Shown: positions 19,413 through 28,771, counted from the first letter of the stretch. The stretch is 64,000 nucleotides of DNA from Cyclobacteriaceae bacterium (GCA_044222145.1 JBGANU010000008.1:18216-82215), one strand, 5' to 3'. The notes: a model not told the origin generated them from the sequence alone. Made by a program: numbers and translations.

Positions 19413-20195
19413 TCAATTGAAAGTATTAATCACCTTAAATAATACTTTCAGCGCATCCACACTTCCATTGTGTTCGCCCTTTTCAAAATCCCCATCAATA
19501 CTTGCCATTTGATTGGTAACGTGGGCGAAGCAAATCACATTTTTGTTTCGGGCCTCTGCAAAAGCATATAAAGCCGAAGCTTCCATTTCAACAGCATGAA
19601 TGTCAATGCTCTTGTAATGATTGATAATTTCTTGCGTTTCCCGATAAGGAGCATCTGTAGTCCAGGTTGATCCGGTAAATATTTTTATATCGAGTTTATC
19701 AAATGCTCCGTAAAGCTTACTCTTCAAATCTTCTTTCAGGAAACTAAATTGTGATGAAGGCAAGTAATGATAGCTTGTACCTTCATCCCGAACAGCCTTT
19801 TCGATAAGGATAAAATAGGGCGGCTCCATGGGTTGCACCAGTTGCCCGGAAGAAGTCATGCTCAGCAAAAGTTTACAGCCTGATGCAAATAGTTGCTCTG
19901 CCAATAGCACGGCAAAGGATGCCCCCACCGCCTGCCCAATGATGCCTACAGTGATCTTGTCATACTTGAATTCATATAGTTTGGTATGATAACACGCCCA
20001 TGCTTTATTGAGTTGAGCGTTGAGATTATGAGTAACATATTTTTCGATGTCACCATCAGGGTCGAGAATACAGATTTCAGGTATGACTAATTCAGTTATT
20101 CCTTTCTGTCTCCGTGCTTCACGTAAAAGATTTTCTGGTTGGAATACGGAAGGCTTGTCGTGGAATTTATAGGCAAGAATAGGAGTGTCGCTCAT
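19413..20195 (-). CDS. Nucleoside phosphorylase family (PNP_UDP_1) protein
   Basis: It has the VEMEASALYAFA motif. The ATG at 20195 (MSDTPILAYKF) was preferred over the upstream extension. Confidence 0.7.
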   Translation of the reverse strand: MSDTPILAYKFHDKPSVFQPENLLREARRQKGITELVIPEICILDPDGDIEKYVTHNLNAQLNKAWACYHTKLYEFKYDKITVGIIGQAVGASFAVLLAEQLFASGCKLLLSMTSSGQLVQPMEPPYFILIEKAVRDEGTSYHYLPSSQFSFLKEDLKSKLYGAFDKLDIKIFTGSTWTTDAPYRETQEIINHYKSIDIHAVEMEASALYAFAEARNKNVICFAHVTNQMASIDGDFEKGEHNGSVDALKVLFKVINTFN

Positions 20196-20202
20196 TGTTA
20201 GT

Positions 20203-21456
20203 CTAGTGAGAAAGTTGAAGATATAGATCAGAAGCAACCACTTGCTTATTTAAACAGTTCATTCGGAATTTAATAATCAATGATGATGCGATTGTGAGTA
20301 ATCCAATGATTAGAATTGGAGCAGTCAGTCCGAAACGATCAGCAATCAAACCGGTAAGTATAGCGCCAATCGCATATCCCAGATCTCGCCATAATCTAAA
20401 AATGCCAATGCTCTTCGGACGTTGATCGGGATGAGTATAATCTGAGATAGCTGCTAGAAATGTTGGATAGACAATTGCCGTTCCAATTCCGAGCAGCGAA
20501 GACAAAATGATAAACCAGGTAAATGAATTTGCACTGTTCATTCCAAGCAAAGCAATGCCCTGCATAAACATTCCAATGAACAGTAACGTTTTCTTACAAT
20601 ACTTATCAGCAAGCTTTCCCGTGTATAGTTGTCCTAGTCCCCACACGGCCGGATAGGTAGCTACGATTATGCCGATTTCATGAAGATCAAATCCTTTAGA
20701 TATCAGTAGCAGTGGAAACAAACCCCACACCATTCCGTCATTCAGATTATTGACAAGTCCGGCTTGTGTGATGGAGCCGAGATTTTTGTGACTCCAGGTG
20801 GTTTCCCAAAACAAGTTTTTAAGTTTCGGGATATTACTTGATGTAGCTTCAAGTTGAACGTGTTTGTTTGTGTCTTTGACAAATAGAAAACTCATTAACA
20901 AACCTATGACAGCCATACCTATTCCTATGTAAAATGGATAAGGTCGCAACCCATAATTATTCGCGATCCAGCCTGTGAAGAAAGCAATGACAGCTAATGC
21001 AACATATCCGGCAAATTCATTCAGGCCCATTGCAAAGCCGCGATCTTTTTCTCCTACCAAATCAATCTTCATCACCACGGTGCTAGACCACGTGAGTCCC
21101 TGACTAATGCCTAGAAAAATATTAGCTGCAATAATCCAATTCCAGCCAGTGGCGTAAATAAGAAGTATCGGTACAGGTAATGCGAACAACCATCCGGTAA
21201 CAAGTAAATTCTTTCTTCCAAAGTGGTTTGCTAATGTACCGGTGTAATAGTTGGTGATTGCTTTTGTTACACCAAAGACCACGATGAAGGAAAGGATAGC
21301 AGTCTTACCGGCCATACCAAATTCAGCTTCAGCAATTTGGGGAATAATGGTTCGCTCCAAACCAATCATTCCACCCACAAAAGCATTGACTATCACAAGC
21401 AAGGTGAATTGCTTCCAGTTTTCTTTCAATCCAAGTTGAATTTTGGATTGCTTCAT
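20203..21456 (-). CDS. MFS transporter
   Basis: This is a 417-aa protein with about 12 TM helices and the motif GTLANHFGRKN in loop 2-3. Confidence 0.85.
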   Translation of the reverse strand: MKQSKIQLGLKENWKQFTLLVIVNAFVGGMIGLERTIIPQIAEAEFGMAGKTAILSFIVVFGVTKAITNYYTGTLANHFGRKNLLVTGWLFALPVPILLIYATGWNWIIAANIFLGISQGLTWSSTVVMKIDLVGEKDRGFAMGLNEFAGYVALAVIAFFTGWIANNYGLRPYPFYIGIGMAVIGLLMSFLFVKDTNKHVQLEATSSNIPKLKNLFWETTWSHKNLGSITQAGLVNNLNDGMVWGLFPLLLISKGFDLHEIGIIVATYPAVWGLGQLYTGKLADKYCKKTLLFIGMFMQGIALLGMNSANSFTWFIILSSLLGIGTAIVYPTFLAAISDYTHPDQRPKSIGIFRLWRDLGYAIGAILTGLIADRFGLTAPILIIGLLTIASSLIIKFRMNCLNKQVVASDLYLQLSH

Positions 21457-21959
21457 AACGCGATTTTAATTTGGGCTAATGCCTTGTCCAATTCGGCACC
21501 ATGCAAATTCCTTGCTATAATAATTCCCTGGCCATCAATTAATACATTAAATGGAAGTTCCTGTATGTTATATTCTTTGGCGATGGGCGAACTCCAATAC
21601 TTAAGATCACTTACTTGCGTCCATACAATTTTCTGTTTGGTGATTTGATTTAGCCAGGCGGCCTTCTTACTGTCAAGCGATACACCATAGATTTCAAAAC
21701 CTTCACCATTTGTAAAACGGGCCTGTTGGTATTTCTTGTAGAGAGTTGATAATCGAGGTTGTTCATCAACACAAGGACCACACCAGGATGCCCAAAAATC
21801 AATAAGAATTATTTTCCCCTTCAAGGAAGACAATGCCACCGTATCACCTTCTGGATTTGGAAGTCTTATTTCCGGAGCCTTGTTTCCAATTTCTAAACCT
21901 TGTGAAAATGAAAACGATGCAATCAAACATAGTGATGCAAGTAAAAGTTTTTCACTCAT
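21453..21959 (-). CDS. TlpA-like thioredoxin-fold protein
   Basis: It has a signal peptide and the active site WASWCGPC. It overlaps the MFS start by 4 nt. Confidence 0.85.
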   Translation of the reverse strand: MSEKLLLASLCLIASFSFSQGLEIGNKAPEIRLPNPEGDTVALSSLKGKIILIDFWASWCGPCVDEQPRLSTLYKKYQQARFTNGEGFEIYGVSLDSKKAAWLNQITKQKIVWTQVSDLKYWSSPIAKEYNIQELPFNVLIDGQGIIIARNLHGAELDKALAQIKIAL

Positions 21960-21962
21960 TTC

Positions 21963-22415
21963 TCAATCGTTAACAGGATAGCCATGATCAATCCAGTCCA
22001 CCTTCAGATTGCGAGGAAGGTTTAAAAGTTTGTGATTTTTGAATTGCATTTGATTTAGAAGTTCAAAAGCGGGTCGTATGTTAGGACACTTGTCGAAAGG
22101 ACAACATCCACAATAGAGCACTATGGTTTCATTTTTTGATAAATTCTTTACCTGTTGCTTCAATTTGTCAAGATTCTCCTTCTCGCGTGTTGCCCCTATT
22201 TCAATTGAATTCTTAATGGTAGCAACTGGGCCAACACATAACACTATGGGCTGATGTGATTGAGGATTATTTATGGTTTTAGACAGATCTTCCGGATTTA
22301 ATAATTGCTCTCGTGTCCAGGGTTCTTTTTGTTGTTCGCTAAAACTGACGAGTACAAAGGCGAATATCCCCAGCGTGATAAATGCAGCAGTTATTTTTAG
22401 ATATTTCAATTTCAT
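21963..22415 (-). CDS. Rhodanese-like domain protein, membrane-anchored or secreted
   Basis: It has an N-terminal TM helix and the active-site-like loop LYCGCCPFDKCPN. Confidence 0.6.
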   Translation of the reverse strand: MKLKYLKITAAFITLGIFAFVLVSFSEQQKEPWTREQLLNPEDLSKTINNPQSHQPIVLCVGPVATIKNSIEIGATREKENLDKLKQQVKNLSKNETIVLYCGCCPFDKCPNIRPAFELLNQMQFKNHKLLNLPRNLKVDWIDHGYPVND

Positions 22416-22432
22416 AGAATTAGATTTTTAAA

Positions 22433-23542
22433 TCACACGATGGCACAGCGATTAGCACCAGCTTCCAATTCAGCTGGAGTATAACCTTCATAAGAACCTT
22501 GCTTGTTCAATGAGGCAATCTGTAAATAATTGGGAGGTGTAGGCGGAATGCGCGACAAAGTATAATCTACGAACTCATTTTCAGTGCGTTTTAGTAAATC
22601 AAGTTTGTCTTTTAAGGTTTTGATGGTTTCCGTAATGAGGTTGATGTCAAAAGGGATTGCTTGTGAGAGATGTGCCGGGAATACCCACATATTGGGATTC
22701 AAGTTCAGCAAGTAATGGAGAGAACGATAAAGCAGTTTGGATCGCATGATCGCTTCATCCTGATCGGCTTTAAGATCAGGTCTTCCCACACCATCCGTAA
22801 ACAAAGTATCACCGGTAAATACAGCATCGTCACCTAACCGGAAAGACGTACTCTCTAATGTGTGACCCGGAGTATGAACTACTTCAAGGATAGCATTTCC
22901 GAATTCTAAACGATCGCCATTTTTAATTGATAAATAGGGATATTCAACATTGGCCTCATCAATCAGTACATGAGCTGCATTACATGCCTCTGCCAATTCT
23001 CTTGTACGTGATAGGTAATCCGCATGAATATGTGTATCGGTTACATACTTGATTGTCCAATCATTTTCTTTTGCCAAATCAAGATATACCTGCGGGTTGA
23101 GCGAAGCATCGATAACAACAGCTTCATCTTCTGAACCTATTAGGTAGGAAAGACAACCCTTAGCAGAACGCCTTACCTGGATGATCTTTACATCATGAAG
23201 TACTGTCTCGGCAATGTTCCAGGCAAAGTTCCAGGCCTTCATTCCTCCATCAAGCGAATAAGCATTAAACCCTTTTTTCTTCAGTATTTCTGCCGCTTTC
23301 AAACTTGTTTTTCCTGCTGCGCACACAGTTACGATAGGCATATGCTCATCAAGTATTAAACCATCCAGAGCGGTTGGATCATTGGCTTTGAGTCGATCAT
23401 AAACATCGGCATGAATACTTCCGGGTATAGACCACTCTTCGCGTTCTGATTTTGGACGTACATCAAGAATGGTAACTGGTCTTTTCTCGTTTAGCAAGTT
23501 TGACAACATGCCAACATCCATTTTCAAATCTTCGGTTATCAT
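22433..23542 (-). CDS. Rhodanese-MBL fold fusion, putative persulfide dioxygenase-sulfurtransferase
   Basis: It has an N-terminal rhodanese domain (VTVCAAGKTS) followed by a metallo-beta-lactamase domain with THIHADYLS and HTPGHT. Confidence 0.8.
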   Translation of the reverse strand: MITEDLKMDVGMLSNLLNEKRPVTILDVRPKSEREEWSIPGSIHADVYDRLKANDPTALDGLILDEHMPIVTVCAAGKTSLKAAEILKKKGFNAYSLDGGMKAWNFAWNIAETVLHDVKIIQVRRSAKGCLSYLIGSEDEAVVIDASLNPQVYLDLAKENDWTIKYVTDTHIHADYLSRTRELAEACNAAHVLIDEANVEYPYLSIKNGDRLEFGNAILEVVHTPGHTLESTSFRLGDDAVFTGDTLFTDGVGRPDLKADQDEAIMRSKLLYRSLHYLLNLNPNMWVFPAHLSQAIPFDINLITETIKTLKDKLDLLKRTENEFVDYTLSRIPPTPPNYLQIASLNKQGSYEGYTPAELEAGANRCAIV

Positions 23543-23553
23543 GATTGTAGTTT

Positions 23554-24222
23554 TCAGTTCAATGAAATTTCAATAGGCAGTTCTTGAATTTTCCAATCCG
23601 GAAAACCCTCTTCGAGTCGGGTGGCTTTATAGCCAGCTTTGCACAATAGTGCTACAGCCTCATCTGCGTACACACAAAATGGTCCACGACAGTAAGCTAT
23701 AATCTCAGTTCGTTTAGGTAGTCCGCTCATTCGTTCTTTTAATTCATCGATTGGAATGGAGACTGCATTGGCGATGTGACCTTTATTGAATTCTGTTTGA
23801 GGGCGAACATCCAGTATGGTGACCTTTCCTGATTCTAGTTTTTGCAAAAGACCGTCTATCGTAACCGATTCAAATTTGAATTTGGACTGTCTGAAATCCC
23901 TTACCAGTTTTTCTATGGTGGCGATTCGTTCCACTCCCAATTCGCGAAGTGCTTTCCATGCTTTGAACACATTGTTGTTTGCTAATCGGTAATAGATAAA
24001 ATTTCCCTGTCGATTAATATCAACAAGCATGGCAGTCTTTAATACCTGCAAATGTTGCGAAGCATTTGCAATTGGAAGATTGGTTTGCTCTGCTATTTGC
24101 TCTACAGAAAAATCGCCTTGTGCGAGCAACTCGATAATCTCCAATCGGTGTGGATTGGCCATTGACTTCGTAATCTTAGCGAGTTCGTTATATACACTGT
24201 CTTTGAATTCTCTCTTGTTCAT
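23554..24222 (-). CDS. ArsR/SmtB-family transcriptional regulator fused to a C-terminal rhodanese domain
   Basis: It has the wHTH ANPHRLEIIELLAQGDFSVEQIAEQTNLPIANASQHLQVLK and a rhodanese loop AYCRGPFCVYA. There is no Cys in the wHTH part. Confidence 0.85.
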   Translation of the reverse strand: MNKREFKDSVYNELAKITKSMANPHRLEIIELLAQGDFSVEQIAEQTNLPIANASQHLQVLKTAMLVDINRQGNFIYYRLANNNVFKAWKALRELGVERIATIEKLVRDFRQSKFKFESVTIDGLLQKLESGKVTILDVRPQTEFNKGHIANAVSIPIDELKERMSGLPKRTEIIAYCRGPFCVYADEAVALLCKAGYKATRLEEGFPDWKIQELPIEISLN

Positions 24223-24256
24223 AATCTATTCAACGTTGGTTGACTTCCGGGCTATT

Positions 24257-24937
24257 TTAATTCACTTTTAATTTTACTTTTCTTTCAAAGTAACTTCCTG
24301 TCATTCCTGCTTGTGCATTACCTTTTACTGATTCACCTTTGGTAAGCATCACCTGCAAACTGATTTCTACGTCCTTTGCATTATCACGTGGACGGATAGT
24401 CATCGGCAAACTTGTAATATGGGTATCTTCGTAACCCGGTAAGTTATCCCCAACCAGACGGCAAGACATAGGCAAATTCACTTCCCAGTCAGGAGCAAAT
24501 TTTGAAAGCGAGTTTGTGCCTATGGTGGTAGGATCTATGTATAACCACGCATTTCTGAAAGCAGCAGGAATTGATTTATTTTTCTTACTGCCTACTATTG
24601 TTAAAACAGTTTTGGGTTCGCCTCTTTTTGTCTCAATTAAGAAAGTTCCATCGTTTTGCCTAAGGGATGTTTTGGTGTCTTTATCAAGGATATCGATGAT
24701 CGTGTTTTCATCGTCTTTCCAAGGGCCATTGTTAGCATGGCAGCTAACACAACTTTTAGAATTGCTTAATATCCCAACGGCTGGCGGATAGGCATAGGCA
24801 CTACTGATAAAAGAAGGTCGAGATGACTTTACTTCTCTAAACTCCGAGTGATAGGGATCAACTCGACTGATAAAAAAAGTGTCAACCACAATGATGCTTA
24901 GTACAATAAAAGACAGAATACTGATTTTCACTTTCAT
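24257..24937 (-). CDS. Secreted hypothetical protein with a single CxxCH (possible mono-heme c-type) motif
   Basis: It has an N-terminal TM or signal sequence and the motif SKSCVSCHANNGPW. It is the first gene of the 7-gene minus-strand operon. Confidence 0.6.
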   Translation of the reverse strand: MKVKISILSFIVLSIIVVDTFFISRVDPYHSEFREVKSSRPSFISSAYAYPPAVGILSNSKSCVSCHANNGPWKDDENTIIDILDKDTKTSLRQNDGTFLIETKRGEPKTVLTIVGSKKNKSIPAAFRNAWLYIDPTTIGTNSLSKFAPDWEVNLPMSCRLVGDNLPGYEDTHITSLPMTIRPRDNAKDVEISLQVMLTKGESVKGNAQAGMTGSYFERKVKLKVN

Positions 24938-24964
24938 ATGCCTGGGGGTTTGCTTATGTTTTGT

Positions 24965-24977
24965 CTTATGAAACGTT
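24965..24977. promoter_or_regulatory. Copy of the recurring motif CTTATGAAACGTT, 30 nt upstream of the 24937 start
   Basis: This is an exact 13-mer match with the copy at 12430-12442. Confidence 0.35.
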
Positions 24978-25000
24978 CAACTGCAAAGTAAACAGGATCG

Positions 25001-25036
25001 TTCCATCTATTCAATAAAATTGTTGAATAGATGGAA
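25001..25036. promoter_or_regulatory. Perfect 14-8-14 inverted repeat in a divergent promoter region (candidate operator)
   Basis: The sequence is TTCCATCTATTCAA-taaaattg-TTGAATAGATGGAA. It lies between the ArsR-rhodanese operon (minus strand) and the AraC gene (plus strand). Confidence 0.5.
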
Positions 25037-25080
25037 TATCATTAAAAAAGGTATTTTTAGACTGTATTTTGATTATTCTC

Positions 25081-26100
25081 ATGCAGCAGATCAATGAAAT
25101 CTTTCAGATTGCCTCTGTCACCTTGCTGGTGTTGACCTGCCTGTTATTTGCAAGGAATCTACGCCATGGAATGCATTTGTGGGCCGGAATCGGTTTTACT
25201 TTGTCCATTATCGCCTACCTGATCATTGAGACGGAGTTTGCGCAAGTCTCATCCCTGCACATTGTTATAATGACTGGTGCGATATGCATTCCAGTATTAT
25301 TCTGGCTACTATCGAAAACAATTTTTGATGATCACTTCAAAGCTACACCTGCCATTGCGTTGTGGTTCTTGGTACAACTGATCCCACATGTGCATCACTA
25401 TTTCTGCGATCTCATTCCCAATCAAATTGAAAGCTTACTTAACGTTATATCCGAAATCGTCTCCATCGGTTTTGTACTGGCAAGTCTGTATGTAGCACTT
25501 AAAACAAGACAAGGCGACTTAATTGAGTCTCGACTTCGCTTTAGAAATATCTTTATTATCATCACAGCTGTTTTAATTGGTTTGACATTGATTGTAGAAG
25601 CCACCACGTTTGCTCAACAATCAAAAATTCCGCTCCAGATTTTACAACGAGTGTCAATCCTGACATTAACCGCCTACTTTCTTCTTAGTAATTTTGATTT
25701 CCGTTCCGGTTTTTTCTTTCGTGAAATACCAATACCCAAAGCCATTGTCTCGGTCGATTCTGTTCTGGAGGAAAAACTGATGACTATGCTCAACAAGGAA
25801 AAGGTCTATCGAAAAGAAGGGCTTACTATTAAAGAATTGGCCGACTCGATGAATACGCAGGAACATCGACTCAGGCGTTTGATCAATGGGCAACTGGGCT
25901 TCAAAAATTTTAATGATTTCCTAAATCAATATAGAGTAAATGAGGCTTGTGAGATTCTAACCGATGCTTCCCAGAACCGAAAAACAATCCTTGAAATAGC
26001 GTACGAATTAGGGTATCAATCCATCGGCCCATTCAACAAAGCATTTAAAGAACAGAAAAACACCACTCCGACAGCCTTCAGAAAGTCGCAAAGCCAATAA
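25081..26100 (+). CDS. Membrane-bound AraC-family transcriptional regulator
   Basis: It has about 6 N-terminal TM helices and a C-terminal AraC HTH (LTIKELADSMNTQEHRLRRLI ... ILEIAYELGYQSIGPFNKAFK). Confidence 0.85.
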   Translation: MQQINEIFQIASVTLLVLTCLLFARNLRHGMHLWAGIGFTLSIIAYLIIETEFAQVSSLHIVIMTGAICIPVLFWLLSKTIFDDHFKATPAIALWFLVQLIPHVHHYFCDLIPNQIESLLNVISEIVSIGFVLASLYVALKTRQGDLIESRLRFRNIFIIITAVLIGLTLIVEATTFAQQSKIPLQILQRVSILTLTAYFLLSNFDFRSGFFFREIPIPKAIVSVDSVLEEKLMTMLNKEKVYRKEGLTIKELADSMNTQEHRLRRLINGQLGFKNFNDFLNQYRVNEACEILTDASQNRKTILEIAYELGYQSIGPFNKAFKEQKNTTPTAFRKSQSQ

Positions 26101-26107
26101 ATTTCAT

Positions 26108-26136
26108 GCTGATTTCGAAATCAGCAAGTATTTTTT
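26108..26136 (+). terminator. Rho-independent terminator after the AraC gene
   Basis: An 18-nt perfect palindrome GCTGATTTCGAAATCAGC is followed 5 nt later by TTTTTT. Confidence 0.6.
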
Positions 26137-26197
26137 ACTTTCAGAGAGACTATTACTTGCCCTCCTCATAGGTTCGCCCCATAAACTTTAACTGATT

Positions 26198-26593
26198 ATG
26201 GAAGCGAAACATTTTATGAAAATCGGTTTTTTATTCGGGCTGCTGGCTACAACGCTAACCACGTCTGCTCAGAATCTGGAAATTCCACAAAAGGAGTTCA
26301 CCATCTCGTGCACAAAGAATCAACTAGCACTTTCACGAGGAGCTACCGAACGGGTTGATGTCATGGTGCTGAAATCCAAAGGATATCAGAAGAGTAAAAC
26401 TAAAATGGGCATTTCCTCAAGTTTGCCAAAGGGAGTTGCCATCACATTTGATCCTGACAAAGGCAACTTCGATTCCACCAAGGCCTCTATTTTGATCGAA
26501 GAGAATGCCGCTCCGGGAGAATATTCAATCATCCTGAATGCCACTCTCAATTACACAACCAAAGGAACTATACTCAACTTATCAATCAAGTAA
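26198..26593 (+). CDS. Secreted hypothetical protein (Ig-like beta-rich)
   Basis: It has a signal peptide ending TTSAQ. The start may be the ATG at 26216. It ends 2 nt before the next gene. Confidence 0.65.
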   Translation: MEAKHFMKIGFLFGLLATTLTTSAQNLEIPQKEFTISCTKNQLALSRGATERVDVMVLKSKGYQKSKTKMGISSSLPKGVAITFDPDKGNFDSTKASILIEENAAPGEYSIILNATLNYTTKGTILNLSIK

Positions 26594-26595
26594 TT

Positions 26596-28197
26596 ATGGA
26601 AACGAAATCATTTATCGAAGTTTGGCCCAACATCTTTCTGTTTGATCTACTGCGTTACCTCCTACCAGCAAGTTTATTTTTTATACTTTTCTGGGTGATT
26701 GGCAGAAAATGGTGGCAACATCTTTTTATCCAAAAAACGTTCCCAAAACAAATTCAATTGTGGAAAGAGTTTGGTTATTCAATGAGTACCGTACTCATTT
26801 TCTCACTGGTGGGTTTTGGTATTTTCACTTCAGAGCGAGCTGGGATAACACGTATCTATTATCAGATAAGCGATTATGGAATGATTTACATGATCGCAAG
26901 TTTCATCCTTACGTTGGTATTTCATGATTTCTATTTCTATTGGACACACCGATTAATGCATCACAAAAAACTTTTTAAATATGTTCATCGGGTACATCAT
27001 GAATCAACTAATCCATCGCCCTGGGCAGCCTATTCATTTCATCCCTGGGAAGCACTGGTTCAGGCAATGGTACTTCCGATTATGGTTTTCACGATTCCAC
27101 TTTATCCACTCACTATTTTCCTCTTCCTTTTGTACATGATTGTGAGGAATGTGATTGGTCATCTGGGATTTGAAATACTTCCTAAAGGGTTTACAAAAAA
27201 CAAATGGGTGAACTGGAATACGGCCATCACCCATCACAATATGCATCATGAACACTTTCATTATAACTATGGCTTATACTTCAGTTGGTGGGACAGGCTC
27301 ATGAAAACTGAACATGAGAAGTATCACGAAACATTTGATGAAGTGAAGTCGCGACCAAAATCCTGCGAATTAAAAGCACCTAAGAAATCTGTTATCGTTT
27401 CAATTGTTCTGTTGCTGTCTTTTTCTACGACAATGGCTCAATCTGTTTCTGGAAAATGGATGACCTATAATGAACAGACCGGGTTACCTTTATCCTTAAT
27501 TGAAATAAAAGAAACACCGACAAGTATTGAGGGTAGGATTGCTAAAATATTTCTTGAACCTTATCAGGGCCAAGATCCTATTTGCACAAAATGTTCTGAC
27601 GAAAGGAGAAATAAAAAAGTAATTGACTTGAATTTCCTGTGGGGCTTCAAGCAAGGCCGTGATTCATGGTCGAACGGAAAAATACTTGATCCTGAAAATG
27701 GAGAAATCTATTCCAGCAAACTTTGGTTGGAAGATGTGAATACTTTGCAAGTCAGAGGCTATGCCGGACCGCTCGATCTGTTTTACAGAACACAAACATG
27801 GAAACGTGATGGAGTATCAGACAGCAAAACACCTGTTGGTATCTGGCAAACGATGGACGACCATTGGAATAGAATTAAATCAATCGTTGAAATAACAAAT
27901 GTAAACGGAGAGCTTCGAGGCTATGTGCGCAAGATTTATCTGCTCCCTCATGAAGGCACTGATCCTGTATGCACCGAATGTAAAGACTCACTTAAAAATT
28001 CTAAAGTAGTAGGAATGAAAATTATCTGGGACTTTAGAAAAGTGGGAGATAAATGGGAGGAGGGGAAGATCCTCGATCCTGGAAACGGATGCACGTATTC
28101 ATCCTCCTTGTGGCTAATTGATTCCGATACGCTCAAAGTAAGGGGTTACCTCGGTCCTTTTTACCGATCGCAAATCTGGAAGAGGTCGAAATCGTAG
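26596..28197 (+). CDS. Fatty acid hydroxylase/sterol desaturase-family domain fused to two DUF2147 domains
   Basis: It has the His boxes HRLMHH, HRVHHES and HHNMHHEH in a TM-rich N-terminal half. An internal signal-like segment SIVLLLSFSTTMAQS follows. After that come two repeats of GKW..DP.C..C...L..G.ILDP.NG..YSS.LWL.....L.VRGY.GP. Confidence 0.8.
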   Translation: METKSFIEVWPNIFLFDLLRYLLPASLFFILFWVIGRKWWQHLFIQKTFPKQIQLWKEFGYSMSTVLIFSLVGFGIFTSERAGITRIYYQISDYGMIYMIASFILTLVFHDFYFYWTHRLMHHKKLFKYVHRVHHESTNPSPWAAYSFHPWEALVQAMVLPIMVFTIPLYPLTIFLFLLYMIVRNVIGHLGFEILPKGFTKNKWVNWNTAITHHNMHHEHFHYNYGLYFSWWDRLMKTEHEKYHETFDEVKSRPKSCELKAPKKSVIVSIVLLLSFSTTMAQSVSGKWMTYNEQTGLPLSLIEIKETPTSIEGRIAKIFLEPYQGQDPICTKCSDERRNKKVIDLNFLWGFKQGRDSWSNGKILDPENGEIYSSKLWLEDVNTLQVRGYAGPLDLFYRTQTWKRDGVSDSKTPVGIWQTMDDHWNRIKSIVEITNVNGELRGYVRKIYLLPHEGTDPVCTECKDSLKNSKVVGMKIIWDFRKVGDKWEEGKILDPGNGCTYSSSLWLIDSDTLKVRGYLGPFYRSQIWKRSKS

Positions 28198-28240
28198 AAT
28201 AAGAAAATGAGTACCTTCGAGGTAGGTAAAATCAAAAGTC

Positions 28241-28771
28241 ATGAAAAGATTAGTTTTCATCTTAATCATTGCTCCTAGCTTTGCTTTTGGTCAACTTTCA
28301 AAACAAGACAGTGTTTGGCTTCCGCTTAAATTCATGATCGGTAGTTGGACAGGTACCTCCGAAGGACAGCCCGGAAAAGGAACGTATGAGCGCAGTTATC
28401 AAATTGTTCTCAACAAGAAATTCATTGAAATAAAGAATAAATCAACTTATCCTCCTTCAAAAGACAATACTAAAGGCGAAGTGCATGAAGACCGCGGATT
28501 CGTCAGCTTTGACAAAGCCAGAAAGACTTTTGTGATGAGGCAATTTCATGTTGAGGGATTTGTAAATCAATATAAGATTGAATCCATTTCACCCGATGGC
28601 AAGACCATCATATTCATCTCCGAAAGCATTGAGAATATTCCGACTGGATTCCGTGCAAAAGAAACCTATCAGATTATGGGTGACAATGAATTCACAGAGA
28701 CCTTTGAACTGGCCGAGCCTGGTAAGAATTTTGAGTTATACTCAAAGGCAATTCTGAAACGCGTCAAATAG
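28241..28771 (+). CDS. Secreted hypothetical beta-barrel (lipocalin/DUF1579-like) protein
   Basis: It has a signal peptide (SFAFGQ). No catalytic motif is present. The fold guess is from composition only. Confidence 0.6.
   Translation: MKRLVFILIIAPSFAFGQLSKQDSVWLPLKFMIGSWTGTSEGQPGKGTYERSYQIVLNKKFIEIKNKSTYPPSKDNTKGEVHEDRGFVSFDKARKTFVMRQFHVEGFVNQYKIESISPDGKTIIFISESIENIPTGFRAKETYQIMGDNEFTETFELAEPGKNFELYSKAILKRVK

Noticed and set aside
26109-26121. A 13-mer, CTGATTTCGAAAT, is shared between the AraC terminator and 44549-44561.
   Set aside because: By my estimate, tens of exact 13-mer pairs are expected by chance in 64 kb counting both strands. There is no extended similarity around either copy.
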